DNA of 64,000 nucleotides from an uncultured Desulfurococcales archaeon (GTDB lineage Archaea > Thermoproteota > Thermoprotei_A > CAZTBM01 > SZUA-1508): NCBI GenBank assembly GCA_964611985.1, contig CAZTBM010000007.1:6024-70023 (forward strand). The letters run 5' to 3'. Position numbers and translations under genes: made by a program. The notes beneath the pieces were generated by a model that did not search any database, had not been told where the DNA came from, and saw only the letters and a list, made by a program, of their open reading frames with translations. This document shows, piece by piece, positions 1 through 9,932 of this stretch (its first letter is position 1; each line of letters begins with the position of its first letter).

Positions 1-1
1 A

Positions 2-670
2 GCACGAGCAATAGTTGTTGAACCAAGAGTGCTCTTAATGGATGAACCTCTTAGTAACCTTGATGCAGTGCTAAGGGTTCGTATGAGAAGTGAGTTGAAG
101 AAGCTACAGAGACAAATCAAGGTAACAACAATTTATGTTACACATGATCAGGTTGAAGCAATGACTATGGGCGATCGTATAGCAGTAATGAACGAAGGTA
201 AAATAATGCAAGTAGGAGTGCCTAGAGAAGTATACTATAGGCCAGCTAACACGTTCGTTGCAGGATTTATAGGCTCGCCTCAAATGAACTTCATAGAAGT
301 GACTGTTAAAACTGAAGGAGAGAAGATAGTTTTAGATGCAGGCTCATTTAATGTACCCCCACCTAAAGGTTATGATAGAGTATTAGACAAGCACCTTGGG
401 AAAACATTGATTTTGGGTATTAGACCTGAACACATATATGTAGGGGACTATGTTCCATCAAATGTTAAAGTAGTCACACTTAATGGTAAAGTAGATTTTA
501 TTGAAGCTTTAGGTTCAGACACAATACTACATATCGGAGTAGATGATACGATAATTATAGTTAAAGTTCCAGGCGAAGTTCATGTAAGAGTTGGCGACAT
601 TGTTAAAATACATCTCAACGAGGACGCAATAAGACTTTTTGATAAACATACAGGTAAGGCAATAACGTAA
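2..670 (+). CDS. Sugar ABC transporter ATP-binding subunit (MalK/UgpC family), 5'-truncated by the window edge
   Basis: Frame is open from base 2 (ARAIVVEPRVLLMDEPLSNLDA). Walker B/D-loop, H-switch YVTHDQVEAM, FVAGFIGSP motif, C-terminal GIRPEH/TOBE region. Confidence 0.95.
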   Translation, partial: ARAIVVEPRVLLMDEPLSNLDAVLRVRMRSELKKLQRQIKVTTIYVTHDQVEAMTMGDRIAVMNEGKIMQVGVPREVYYRPANTFVAGFIGSPQMNFIEVTVKTEGEKIVLDAGSFNVPPPKGYDRVLDKHLGKTLILGIRPEHIYVGDYVPSNVKVVTLNGKVDFIEALGSDTILHIGVDDTIIIVKVPGEVHVRVGDIVKIHLNEDAIRLFDKHTGKAIT

Positions 671-708
671 ACTTTTTGTTTAATCTACAATTATGGAGGA
701 GTATAATC

Positions 709-2928
709 TTGAGTAAACCATGGTACACTAGGCAACGTAGAATACTGCAATTCAATATCGAAGACCCTTACGGCTATATGCTTGAAGAGATTAAACCACA
801 AGAGTTAGTGGATTTAGCAGAGAAACTTCATGCTAACACATTAGTAATATTCGCTAGAGATGGTTGGGGTAGAGCATTTTACCAGAGTAAAGTTTACCCA
901 CCCCACCCTAAGATGAGAAACGATTTTTTAAAGGAGATAATGGAGCATGCAAGGAATAAAAACATAAAAGTAGTAGTAATGATAGCTCATACATCAAATA
1001 AGTGGCTGTATAGAGAGCACCCAGATTGGATTCAAAGAAACATAGAAGGTGACATTATAACTCTAGATAGTATACCTTCAGATATTAATGTGGAGGATTA
1101 TGAGTGGCCATTAGCTTGTCTAAATAGCCCATTTAGAGAAATAATACTATCTGAAGTTGAGGAAACCCTAGAGTACGACGTTGACGCTTTAATGTTGGAT
1201 TCTTTTAGATATCAGCCTGATTTTGAAAGAGCATGTTATTGTGATTACTGTAAGAGAGAGTTTAAAAAGAAGACAGGGTACGATCTTCCATCTAAACAGG
1301 ATTGGAATAGTATTGAATGGAGAACAGCATGGGAATGGAGATATAATGTAGTAGTAGAAAGAATTAAGGAAATTAAAGAGAAGATTAAACAGATGGGAAA
1401 GTATGATATACCGTTAATATATAATAGTCATCCTGCTGGATGGAGTGGTAGAATACCAAAAATAGTTGAAAAGGCTCGAGAACATCTTGATGTAATATTT
1501 GCTGAATGTAGTGAGGTAGATCATGAACCATTAGGATTCCTAACAGAAATGACTAAGCTATCACAAGCTTTAAGTGGCGGTAAACCTGTCTGGACTTCAA
1601 GAAACTACTTTCACATATATCGCTCACCAACCGCTACAACACCAGAAGCTATAAAACAAGGGATATGGGAAATCTTTGCCTCTGGAGGCTCACCATTAGT
1701 ATTAATATTCTTATCAGCCTATATACAGGATAAGAGATTATTAAACACGATAGCTGAAATATATTCTAAAATAGAAAAAATAGAAGAGTACATGGAAGAC
1801 ACTGAACCAGTAAAACACACAGCAGTAGTCTTCTCGTGTAACACAAGAGACTGGTACGGAAGGGACCATCCAGAACCGTATACTAGTGAGGTTAGAGGAT
1901 TCTTTTATGCTCACTTGTACTCAAATATACCAGTAGATTTCATAGCAGATTCTGATATAGTGTATGACAAGCTAAAACAGTATAAGTGTGTAATATTAGC
2001 TAATACAGCATGTTTATCAAATAGCCAGACAGAGGAAATAAGAAAGTATGTTAAGAGTGGAGGAGGAGTAGTAGCAACATATCAAACATCATTGTATAAT
2101 GAGAAAGGTTATGAAAGATACGACTTTACACTCCAAGACCTAATAGGAGGACACTACTATGGGATAAAGAAGGTTCCATGGAGCTACATTAAGCTAGTTA
2201 GGGAACATGATATAGTAAAGAGTTTAAGTACTAAACTCATACTATGGGGCGATATGAGTTACGAATTTAAGAATACAAGAGTGGAGGAAGGATTAGCCTA
2301 TTACGTACTGGTTAGCCCTTATACTGGAGTACCTATAGCTAAAGTGGTTGATGTAATTAATGACTACGGCTTTGAATATACACTAGGTAAGTCACCACCA
2401 CCAGCATGGAGGGAGACTGAAACACCAGCAATAATGGTAAATGAGTTATCTTCAGGAAAGGCCGTCTACTTTACTGGACAACTAGGTAGAATGTTCTGGC
2501 GTACAGGCCTAGCAGAATATCAAAAACTAATAATAAATACCACGAAATGGGCATCTAAGGGGGGATTACCTTTCGAAACAAATGCGCCAGAAACCGTAAG
2601 AATATTAATGTATAAGACTAAAGATCAAGAAAGAATAGTAATACACCTAGTAAACCAAACAGTAAACCAGAGAATCCTACTGAGGCCGACAGGAGGGTCA
2701 AAATATAAAACACCAGGGTATAGTGGTTCAGTGGCAGTCCACCCGGTAAGACAAGTAATCCCAGTATACAATATAAGAATAAAGGTACCAGTGAAGGAAC
2801 CAGAAAAAATCAAGGTCTATAGTCCTCTAGAAGACAAGGAAATACAATACAAGGTAGAGAGAGAACATATAGTAATAAATGTAGACAAACTGGAAGATTA
2901 TAAACTCTTAGTAATAGAGTATAAATAA
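709..2928 (+). CDS. Putative glycoside hydrolase (GHL6-like TIM barrel plus beta-galactosidase trimerisation-like domain)
   Basis: Probable TTG start at 709 after a GGAGG RBS. HPDW...G, CLNSPF and CYCDYC motifs; YKCVILANTACLS...YVKSGGGVVATY resembles the GH42-type trimerisation domain; follows the sugar ABC ATPase. Confidence 0.75.
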   Translation: MSKPWYTRQRRILQFNIEDPYGYMLEEIKPQELVDLAEKLHANTLVIFARDGWGRAFYQSKVYPPHPKMRNDFLKEIMEHARNKNIKVVVMIAHTSNKWLYREHPDWIQRNIEGDIITLDSIPSDINVEDYEWPLACLNSPFREIILSEVEETLEYDVDALMLDSFRYQPDFERACYCDYCKREFKKKTGYDLPSKQDWNSIEWRTAWEWRYNVVVERIKEIKEKIKQMGKYDIPLIYNSHPAGWSGRIPKIVEKAREHLDVIFAECSEVDHEPLGFLTEMTKLSQALSGGKPVWTSRNYFHIYRSPTATTPEAIKQGIWEIFASGGSPLVLIFLSAYIQDKRLLNTIAEIYSKIEKIEEYMEDTEPVKHTAVVFSCNTRDWYGRDHPEPYTSEVRGFFYAHLYSNIPVDFIADSDIVYDKLKQYKCVILANTACLSNSQTEEIRKYVKSGGGVVATYQTSLYNEKGYERYDFTLQDLIGGHYYGIKKVPWSYIKLVREHDIVKSLSTKLILWGDMSYEFKNTRVEEGLAYYVLVSPYTGVPIAKVVDVINDYGFEYTLGKSPPPAWRETETPAIMVNELSSGKAVYFTGQLGRMFWRTGLAEYQKLIINTTKWASKGGLPFETNAPETVRILMYKTKDQERIVIHLVNQTVNQRILLRPTGGSKYKTPGYSGSVAVHPVRQVIPVYNIRIKVPVKEPEKIKVYSPLEDKEIQYKVEREHIVINVDKLEDYKLLVIEYK

Positions 2929-3049
2929 ATAAGCACATTTCTTTAACAAAAAATAAAGTAAACCACAAGGGGTGAGGTTAACATCGTAGTATCCACAATC
3001 CGACCTCCTTAGAACGTAATATTGATCCCCCACCACATGGTGGGAGTTG

Positions 3050-4429
3050 ATGATAGAACATAACATAATAAAAGCCGCATTATCAATAACTCTCATGACC
3101 TTAATATTACTATTATCCATTATTCCACATGTTAGTATGATTAGTAGTGAAGAAGGACATAAACTATTATGGAAGAGGGATTTAGGTGATTGATTTTGGT
3201 GTTTGATGGAGTCGTGATGGTGAAAAGCTGGTAGCGGTAGGAGCTTTCAAAGGAGTTACTGTTTTTGATAGGACAGGCAATGTGGTATGGGAAGATAAAC
3301 TGAAAAATCATACTCATGCTCCATCTATTGATCCCAGCGGAGAGTACTTAATAGTAGGAGTTGGAAAGCATGCTCTGTATTTTTACAATTCAAAATCGGG
3401 AAAATAATTTATGAAACAAAAATGAAACATTGGGTTTGGTCTACCTGTTGGAGCCCTCATAGCACATATATAATGGTAGGCTCTGTTGAAGGCTCGCTTT
3501 ACCTTTATAGGTGGACTAAGGAGGAGGTAAAATTAGAATGGAGAAAGAATATAGCGAGAGGCTGGATCTATAGTATTTGTTTTCATCCAGAGAGGATTGA
3601 CCGGATAGCCTTAGGATGTAGGGATTGCCATGTTTATTTTATTGATCTGGATGGTAACGTATTGTGGAGAAGAAAACTAGATGATTGGGTTTACGATGTC
3701 TGTTTTAGCCCTAATGGAAGCTATATAGCAGCAGTAACTCTCAAAGGATCAGCTACATTTTAAAAAGGTAATGGCGAAATATTATTTAAAGCTATCCCAC
3801 CGTTTAAACCTTTAAAAAGTATTGTTTGGCATGGTAATTATGTTATGACTGGTGGCGTAAAGGGGGTTATCTATATTTATATGTGGTTTGAGAATTCAAG
3901 AAAACTAGAGTTGCTGTATTTCTTTAAAGCAGCAGAGGACTGGATACCCGAGGGTTATGGTTTATCATTTAATCCAAAATATAATCTTCTAGCAGTAGTA
4001 TCACGAGATAAACACATTTACGTTTATGATCTAAGTGGAGTTGTTAAGGTTACTCTTACGTCTACAATTACTACTTCTACTGTAACAACTACTAGAACAA
4101 TCACGGTTACCACTGTTAAAACGAGAACTATTAGAGAGACTGTAATGACAACTAAGATTTTTACATTAACTAGGACTATAGTCTCTACTATAACCATGAC
4201 TCAACCAGGGAAGACGAAGACTAAGATTCTCACAAAGCTACTACCTATGGAGAGGACGGTGACAAATTTCATTACTAAGAGCATGACGGTGACCATGTTA
4301 AGTATTGTTACTAGCATTATCAGAGCACCTTCCATGGTATCACTTGAAACTTTGACATCACTTATAGTAGTTTCAGCAGTTATAGTAATACTAGCTATCC
4401 TTATTCTCAGAAGAAGACACATTCAATAA
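3050..4429 (+). pseudogene. Fragmented secreted WD40/PQQ-like beta-propeller protein with Thr-rich stalk and C-terminal membrane anchor
   Basis: ATG 3050 starts a signal-peptide-like MIEHNIIKAALSITLMTLILLLSII ending at TGA 3191. A second frame 3207-3407 reads WSRDGEKLVAVG...DRTGNVVWEDKL. A third frame runs from about 3401 through ORF 3422-3763, an in-frame TAA at 3761, then KGNGEILF... into ORF 3845-4429. Repeated W-x-x-x-[LM]-x-x-W blade motifs. Confidence 0.8.
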
Positions 4430-4466
4430 AGTGATACTATATCTTATCTTGTCTATTATCATTATG

Positions 4467-5177
4467 TTAGAGTATGTTCCATTTTTTATTAGTATACTTT
4501 TCTAGATAAACTATTGAAGCTTGATTTATCTCACTTATATTAATTTCCATTTCATCTATAACTTCATAGTCTTCTTGTATGATTTTTCTAAGGATTTTTA
4601 CAAAATCATTTATACTAGCATTAGTTATTTTACTGAGATTCATCACAGGATACTTTAGTTTTTTAAGGCTTCTCTTTAACTTCTCTAAGTTACTTTCTAT
4701 CAATATTGAAGTATGCACTAATGACCTATCATTGCGTATATGTGCCGCCATACCACAAATCTTGAGCTCACTTACAAAAATATTGTTCTCCCTTAGGACA
4801 ATATCTGCTCTTCTCACTCCTAATGCCTGTATGGTTTTGGCTACTAGATCACCTAATATTTGATAGAGTGTTTCTGCCCATAATCTTCGTTTTACTAATA
4901 AGCTTATATTAAGACACCCTTGATCATGGTATATTGTTCCCCCACCACTAATTCTACGTACAACACGTATTCCTTCACTCTTACAATACTCTATGTTTAC
5001 TTCATTATCTACCTTTGAAAATCTACCTAAAACTACACTCGGAGGATTAAACCATATTATAAAGGTGTAGGTGTGTTTTGATTGATGTAATGTGTCTAAG
5101 ATAGCTTCTTCTAAGCTTAAATTCCATAATGGATCCTTTGACACACTATCCCATAATGTAAGCAATCTAACGGTCAT
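4467..5177 (-). CDS. lplA: Lipoate-protein ligase A family protein (catalytic domain only)
   Basis: NLSLEEAIL, SVVLGRF, RRISGGGTIYHD and KICGMA motifs; 236 aa with no C-terminal accessory domain. Confidence 0.85.
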   Translation of the reverse strand: MTVRLLTLWDSVSKDPLWNLSLEEAILDTLHQSKHTYTFIIWFNPPSVVLGRFSKVDNEVNIEYCKSEGIRVVRRISGGGTIYHDQGCLNISLLVKRRLWAETLYQILGDLVAKTIQALGVRRADIVLRENNIFVSELKICGMAAHIRNDRSLVHTSILIESNLEKLKRSLKKLKYPVMNLSKITNASINDFVKILRKIIQEDYEVIDEMEINISEINQASIVYLEKYTNKKWNIL

Positions 5178-5284
5178 TACTACACCTGATGTAACCTGTA
5201 GCTAACATGCTTTATTCGGAAACTGTTTATTAACTTCGCTATATATTCCTATTGTAGAAGTTCTGAGGGGGTGTTTTTAGCATT

Positions 5285-6052
5285 ATGAGTGGTATTGATT
5301 TGGAAGCTCTACATACAGATCTTATTAACCTATTGAAGCTTAAAGGTGAACCAGTAGGGTTTAAATTACTAAAGAAAAGAGATGATCTAGGAAAATACCA
5401 AATTACAGTATTGGATAAGAACTTAGCATTATGTCAGATAATTAAGCTTGCAGCAGTGTATGGTTTAGCTCTTGGAGTTCACGGTGATAATGTTGATGCG
5501 TGTGTTGTAGGAACATATATTCTAGGATTCAAAATGCCACCTGAGGATATAGGAAAGCGATGGATTGAGAAGTTTGCTTATACACCAGAGTTATTTAAGA
5601 AGCTTGTTGAAGTGATTCATGCTCTACCTCAAGGAGAATATGAGGCAGCAATATTTGCGCCGTTAAAGATGTTTAAACAGTGGGATCTTGAGCCTGATGG
5701 TGTAATACTTGTAGTTAATTCCACACAAGCATACTTAGCGTTAGTAGGGTACTTTGATGCTGTTGGTGAGAAGACGAAATCAGACTTTAATGGCCACGCT
5801 GCATGTGAAATTGTCGCTACCTTAGCTAAGGGTATGAGTCCATGGCTGACAATACCATGTGGTGGCGCTAGGGCTATAGCTGAGGCACAAGATGATGAAT
5901 TATGGCTTGGCATGAAAGTAGATCAGCTAGTAAAAATGGTCGAGAGACTTAAGAAGGTTGGGTTAAAATATCCGCCACCGCTATATCAAATGTTGCTATC
6001 ACCACTATTACCAGAACATGTATTAACAACATTAATCACTAGGAAGCCGTAA
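5285..6052 (+). CDS. DUF169 family protein
   Basis: [14 protein letters not shown]-terminus and conserved Cys motifs ALCQ, ACVVG, AACE, IPCGGAR, plus PDGVI and DDELWLG. Confidence 0.8.
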   Translation: MSGIDLEALHTDLINLLKLKGEPVGFKLLKKRDDLGKYQITVLDKNLALCQIIKLAAVYGLALGVHGDNVDACVVGTYILGFKMPPEDIGKRWIEKFAYTPELFKKLVEVIHALPQGEYEAAIFAPLKMFKQWDLEPDGVILVVNSTQAYLALVGYFDAVGEKTKSDFNGHAACEIVATLAKGMSPWLTIPCGGARAIAEAQDDELWLGMKVDQLVKMVERLKKVGLKYPPPLYQMLLSPLLPEHVLTTLITRKP

Positions 6053-6058
6053 ATATAG

Positions 6059-6096
6059 ATAAAATTATAAAAAAGAATATGAGATTTTTCTTTTTC
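6059..6096. terminator. Probable bidirectional oligo-T terminator region between convergent genes
   Basis: A-tracts followed by TTTTTCTTTTT between two convergent stop codons. Confidence 0.4.
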
Positions 6097-6104
6097 ACTT
6101 CATT

Positions 6105-6620
6105 TTATGGTGGCAGTACCCCAAGAGCCCATAATGTCCCGAAGATCCCTGTTGTTACAATACCCACAAAGAGTGAGAAGTAAGCAAAGCCTTTAACCCA
6201 CGTTGGCGATCCTATGTATGCTCCTCCACCAAATAGTACTAATAGAATAAAGTAAGACCAGAAAGCGAATGTCAGAAATGGTGTAGCAGGATTTGTTGCT
6301 AAAGCAGCGGCTATACCCACTATCATTGCCAAGGTCCAGCATAAGATTCCATGACCCTTCGGATTTACATCAAAATAAAAGTGAAATCCTGCTGAGATAA
6401 AAGCAAACGCAAATGACATTACCACTGCTGCTGTACCTATCGCTAACGGATAAATAAACGCTGCCGCCCAGATTACTGAGAGAATACCACAAACTATCGA
6501 TATTAAACCAGCCGATTTTGCATTTACCTTACCTAATCCAAATGCTCCCCAGGGTACTAGAGATAAAGCAAAGAATAATAATACTCCACCTAGAGCTTCT
6601 AGCAACTGCATAGCACTCAC
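6105..6620 (-). CDS. AmiS/UreI-like small-solute channel (about 6 TM helices)
   Basis: 171 aa, almost entirely hydrophobic. GLGKVNAKSAG resembles the UreI TM1-TM2 loop, and DVNPKGHGILC, W-S-Y-F-I-L and AYFSLFVGIVT resemble AmiS/UreI segments. Confidence 0.6.
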   Translation of the reverse strand: MSAMQLLEALGGVLLFFALSLVPWGAFGLGKVNAKSAGLISIVCGILSVIWAAAFIYPLAIGTAAVVMSFAFAFISAGFHFYFDVNPKGHGILCWTLAMIVGIAAALATNPATPFLTFAFWSYFILLVLFGGGAYIGSPTWVKGFAYFSLFVGIVTTGIFGTLWALGVLPP

Positions 6621-6795
6621 AAAATCTAAAAATACTCAGAGAAACTATTTACCAGTTTCCGTAAAAACTCTTATACATTATCCTCAACGTTTCAAAATGA
6701 TTTTTGTCAAATTTTACAATTGAGTATTTCAATATATAATTGAAGAAAAAGAGTTAATTTTTAGTTATGATATTAATTTGGCCATAGTATTATTT

Positions 6796-7806
6796 TTACT
6801 CTATTTCTTCAGGGTGCTCAATGTAATATTTTACTTTGTTTAAGAACTCTGCTGCAGGCACACCATCTATTGCTCTATGGTCGAATGTTAAGCTAAGGGA
6901 TAACATAGGTCTTATTACTAATTTGTCTTCATCTACAACAACCAGTTTCTTGACTATTCTTCCTACACCTAGTATTGCTATCTGTGGTGGGTTAAGCATT
7001 GGTGTAAAGTGGTCAATACCGAACATTCCAAGATTTGTTAGACTAAAAGTACCACCTGTTACATCATCTACTGTTAACTTGTCTTCACGGGCTTTCTTAG
7101 CTAATTCTTCAAGTTCTTTTGATATCTCCACTATGCTCTTTTTATCCGCACTTCTAATCACTGGAACCATTAATCCTTTAGGAGTAGCTACCGCAACGTT
7201 AATATTGACATCTTCATATATCGTTAGCTCATTGTTTTCTAGTGTCGCATTTACTTGAGGATAATCTTTTAGGGCTTTAGCACAAGCTTTAACCAAAATT
7301 GCAGTATATGATACTTTCACCCCTTTATCCTTAGCTATCTTCCCTCGATATTCTATTAGCTTTGAGGCATCAGCTTCAACCATTAACGTTACATGCGGTA
7401 TTACACTATGAGCTTTTGAAAGCTTTTCTGCAATACTAAGTCTTAATCCTGAAAGCTTTTCCCTTTTGAGTATGCGTGCTCTCTCTGGTACTGGAGGCGG
7501 GGCAACAGGCGGTTTTGCTGGTGGTGCTACAGCTTCTGGTGGTGGAGCAACTGCTGTTGGTAATGTCTCTCCAGGTAAGTATACTTCGCCTATAGCCTGT
7601 CCTACAGGTACAGTTGTTCCCTCACTCACTAATATTCTTAGTATACCTGATTCTGGAGCTTTAATGTCATTGGTGACTTTTTCAGTTTCTATCGTTACTA
7701 CTATCTCACCTTTCTCGACTTTATCACCGTCCTTCTTATGCCACTTTTTAACCGTGCCTTTGGTCATTGTTAAACCTAGTTTGGGCATAAGGATTTTAAC
7801 CGGCAT
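6796..7806 (-). CDS. acoC: Dihydrolipoamide acyltransferase (E2) of an acetoin/2-oxoacid dehydrogenase complex
   Basis: Lipoyl domain MPKLGLTM...IETEKVT, Pro/Ala linker, catalytic domain GGTFSLTNLG and FDHRAIDG. Start taken at ATG 7806. Confidence 0.9.
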   Translation of the reverse strand: MPVKILMPKLGLTMTKGTVKKWHKKDGDKVEKGEIVVTIETEKVTNDIKAPESGILRILVSEGTTVPVGQAIGEVYLPGETLPTAVAPPPEAVAPPAKPPVAPPPVPERARILKREKLSGLRLSIAEKLSKAHSVIPHVTLMVEADASKLIEYRGKIAKDKGVKVSYTAILVKACAKALKDYPQVNATLENNELTIYEDVNINVAVATPKGLMVPVIRSADKKSIVEISKELEELAKKAREDKLTVDDVTGGTFSLTNLGMFGIDHFTPMLNPPQIAILGVGRIVKKLVVVDEDKLVIRPMLSLSLTFDHRAIDGVPAAEFLNKVKYYIEHPEEIE

Positions 7807-7911
7807 AGTAGAGTCCCAGACATAAGAGTGTTTCACGATGTTTATAAAAGTAGTAGGTGTAGTTAGATACTAGAGAATGAAAAATAAAATTGAATGATTA
7901 GGTATATTAGT

Positions 7912-8904
7912 TTACTTCTTAGACTCTTTTATTATAGATGTTACTGCGTCTATTATCTTCTTCTTGTTTGGTAGTATCTCGTCTTCTAGTACTGGGCTGA
8001 AAGGTATTGGCACCATTGGTGTAGCTACACGCTTAATTGGTGCTTTAATTGCATCCCATGCTTTCTCTGCTACTATAGCTGCTATTTCTGCTCCAAAACC
8101 ACATGTTATGTAGTCTTCATGGACTATTACTAGTCTACCAGTCTTACGTACACTCTTCAGTATCGTCTCCTCATCTAATGGTACTAGTGTTCTTGGATCA
8201 ACTACTTCAACACTTATACCCTGCTTTGCTAACTCTTCTGCTGCTGCTAGGGATTCCTGAACCATATATGACCATGCTACAACAGTTACGTCTGATCCTT
8301 CTCGTTTAATATCAGCTTTACCGAATGGTATGGTGTAGGGCTCCTCTGGTACTGACCCCTTAATTCCATATAGCTTCTTATGCTCTATGAACATTACAGG
8401 GTTTTCATCTCTTAATGCTGTAATTAGTAGTCCCTTAGCATCATATGGTGTCGATGGTAGTACTAGTTTTAATCCTGGTATGTGTGCGAATAGTGCCTCT
8501 ATACATTTGGAGTGTTGTGCTGCAGCTCTAAGTCCACCACCACCCTCAGTTCTTATTACTATAGGTACTTTTGTTTGTCCTCCAGTCATGTATCTTATGA
8601 ATGCTACTTGGTTCATTAACTGGTCGAAACATACTCCAATGAAGTCTACGAACATTATTTCTACTACTGGATGTAATCCTTTGAGTGCAGCTCCAAGACC
8701 TGCTCCTAAGAATCCTGCCTCAGAGATAGGTGTATCTCTTACTCTTTCTGGTCCAAACTTTTCTAGTAGGCCCTTTGTTACCCCGAATATTCCACCGTAT
8801 CTTCCTACATCTTCACCCATGATTATTATGTTGGGATTTCTCTCCATCTCTTGCCTTAGAGCTTCATTTAATGCTTCAACATAAGTTATAACTCTTTCAC
8901 TCAT
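7912..8904 (-). CDS. acoB: Acetoin/2-oxoacid dehydrogenase E1 beta subunit
   Basis: MGEDVG, RVRDTPISE, EIMFVDF, AAQHS and VVDPRTL motifs; GAGGTG RBS before ATG 8904. Confidence 0.92.
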   Translation of the reverse strand: MSERVITYVEALNEALRQEMERNPNIIIMGEDVGRYGGIFGVTKGLLEKFGPERVRDTPISEAGFLGAGLGAALKGLHPVVEIMFVDFIGVCFDQLMNQVAFIRYMTGGQTKVPIVIRTEGGGGLRAAAQHSKCIEALFAHIPGLKLVLPSTPYDAKGLLITALRDENPVMFIEHKKLYGIKGSVPEEPYTIPFGKADIKREGSDVTVVAWSYMVQESLAAAEELAKQGISVEVVDPRTLVPLDEETILKSVRKTGRLVIVHEDYITCGFGAEIAAIVAEKAWDAIKAPIKRVATPMVPIPFSPVLEDEILPNKKKIIDAVTSIIKESKK

Positions 8905-8921
8905 GACTTCCACCTCACCTC

Positions 8922-9932
8922 CTACTCATAAAATACATCTGTGTAAGCTTCCTTAGGATCAGGCCATGGACTCTCCTCAGCATACTTGAACGCCTCTTCG
9001 ACAGCCTTCTTAACCTCCTCCTCAATCTCCTTAAGCTCCTTTTCTGTAGCAATACCTAGTGTTAATAGGTATGTTCTTAGTCTTGGTATTGGGTCTTTAG
9101 CCTTCCACCATTCAAGCTCCTCTTTTGTTCTATAATGCATTGGGTCTCCTTCGAAGTGTCCTCGATATCTGTAGGTCTTAGCCTCTATTAGTGATGGGCC
9201 TTCACCTTTTCGTGCTCTCTCAATGGCCACTTTTGCTGCTTCATAGACTGCTAGTACGTCCATACCATCAACTGTAACACTTGGCATAGCGTAAGCTGCC
9301 CCTCTCATCGATATGTCTCTTACTGCTACAGAATATGATGACGGTACTGAGATAGCGTACTGGTTGTTCTCACATACGAAGACTACTGGTAACTTCCATA
9401 TGGATGATAGGTTTAATGCTTCATGGAATGTTCCTTGGTTTGAGGCTCCATCACCAAAGAATGATACTGCAACAACTCCTTCCTTCTTATACTTTATGGC
9501 TAGTGCTGCACCAGCTCCATGAGGTATACCTGCACCAACTATACCGTTAGCACCTGTCATTCCGACTTCAAATAATGCTGCATGCATTGATCCACCTTTA
9601 CCCTTATTACAACCTGTTTTCTTTCCGTAGAGTTCAGCAGCTAAGGCCTTAAGGTCATTTACTACCTCTTCCCAAGATTTTCTAGAAAACATTGACTTAG
9701 CTATATAATGCCCGTGACCTCTATGAGTACTTGTTATAACATCCTGAGGTTTAAGGTTAGCACAAACGCCAACAGCTACAGCTTCTTCACCAACATATGT
9801 GTGAATGAATCCTGGGATTTTTCCTTGGAAGAAGAGTTCACCAGCAGTATTATCGAAGGTTCGTATCAAGTACATTGCTTTATACATTTTTAGAAGTAGT
9901 TCTTTTTGAGGTACAACAGCCAAGGATATCAA
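8922..9932 (-). CDS. acoA: Acetoin/2-oxoacid dehydrogenase E1 alpha subunit (TPP-dependent)
   Basis: IPGFIH, STHRGHGH, GKGGSMH, TPP motif GDGASNQG...ENNQY, and YRYRGHFEGD. The true start may be TTG 9923. Confidence 0.92.
   Translation of the reverse strand: MISLAVVPQKELLLKMYKAMYLIRTFDNTAGELFFQGKIPGFIHTYVGEEAVAVGVCANLKPQDVITSTHRGHGHYIAKSMFSRKSWEEVVNDLKALAAELYGKKTGCNKGKGGSMHAALFEVGMTGANGIVGAGIPHGAGAALAIKYKKEGVVAVSFFGDGASNQGTFHEALNLSSIWKLPVVFVCENNQYAISVPSSYSVAVRDISMRGAAYAMPSVTVDGMDVLAVYEAAKVAIERARKGEGPSLIEAKTYRYRGHFEGDPMHYRTKEELEWWKAKDPIPRLRTYLLTLGIATEKELKEIEEEVKKAVEEAFKYAEESPWPDPKEAYTDVFYE

Noticed and set aside
3191-3763. Possible stop-codon recoding (TGA at a Trp-like position, in-frame TAA) in the propeller gene
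   Set aside because: Frameshifts are also needed, and TGA/TAA terminate normal genes throughout the window, so decay or sequence error is simpler.
4050-4330. ACT/ACA-rich repetitive DNA (also 54225-54385 and 57925-58035) as a possible repeat array or CRISPR
   Set aside because: Encodes Thr-rich protein linkers; no fixed-length repeat-spacer structure.
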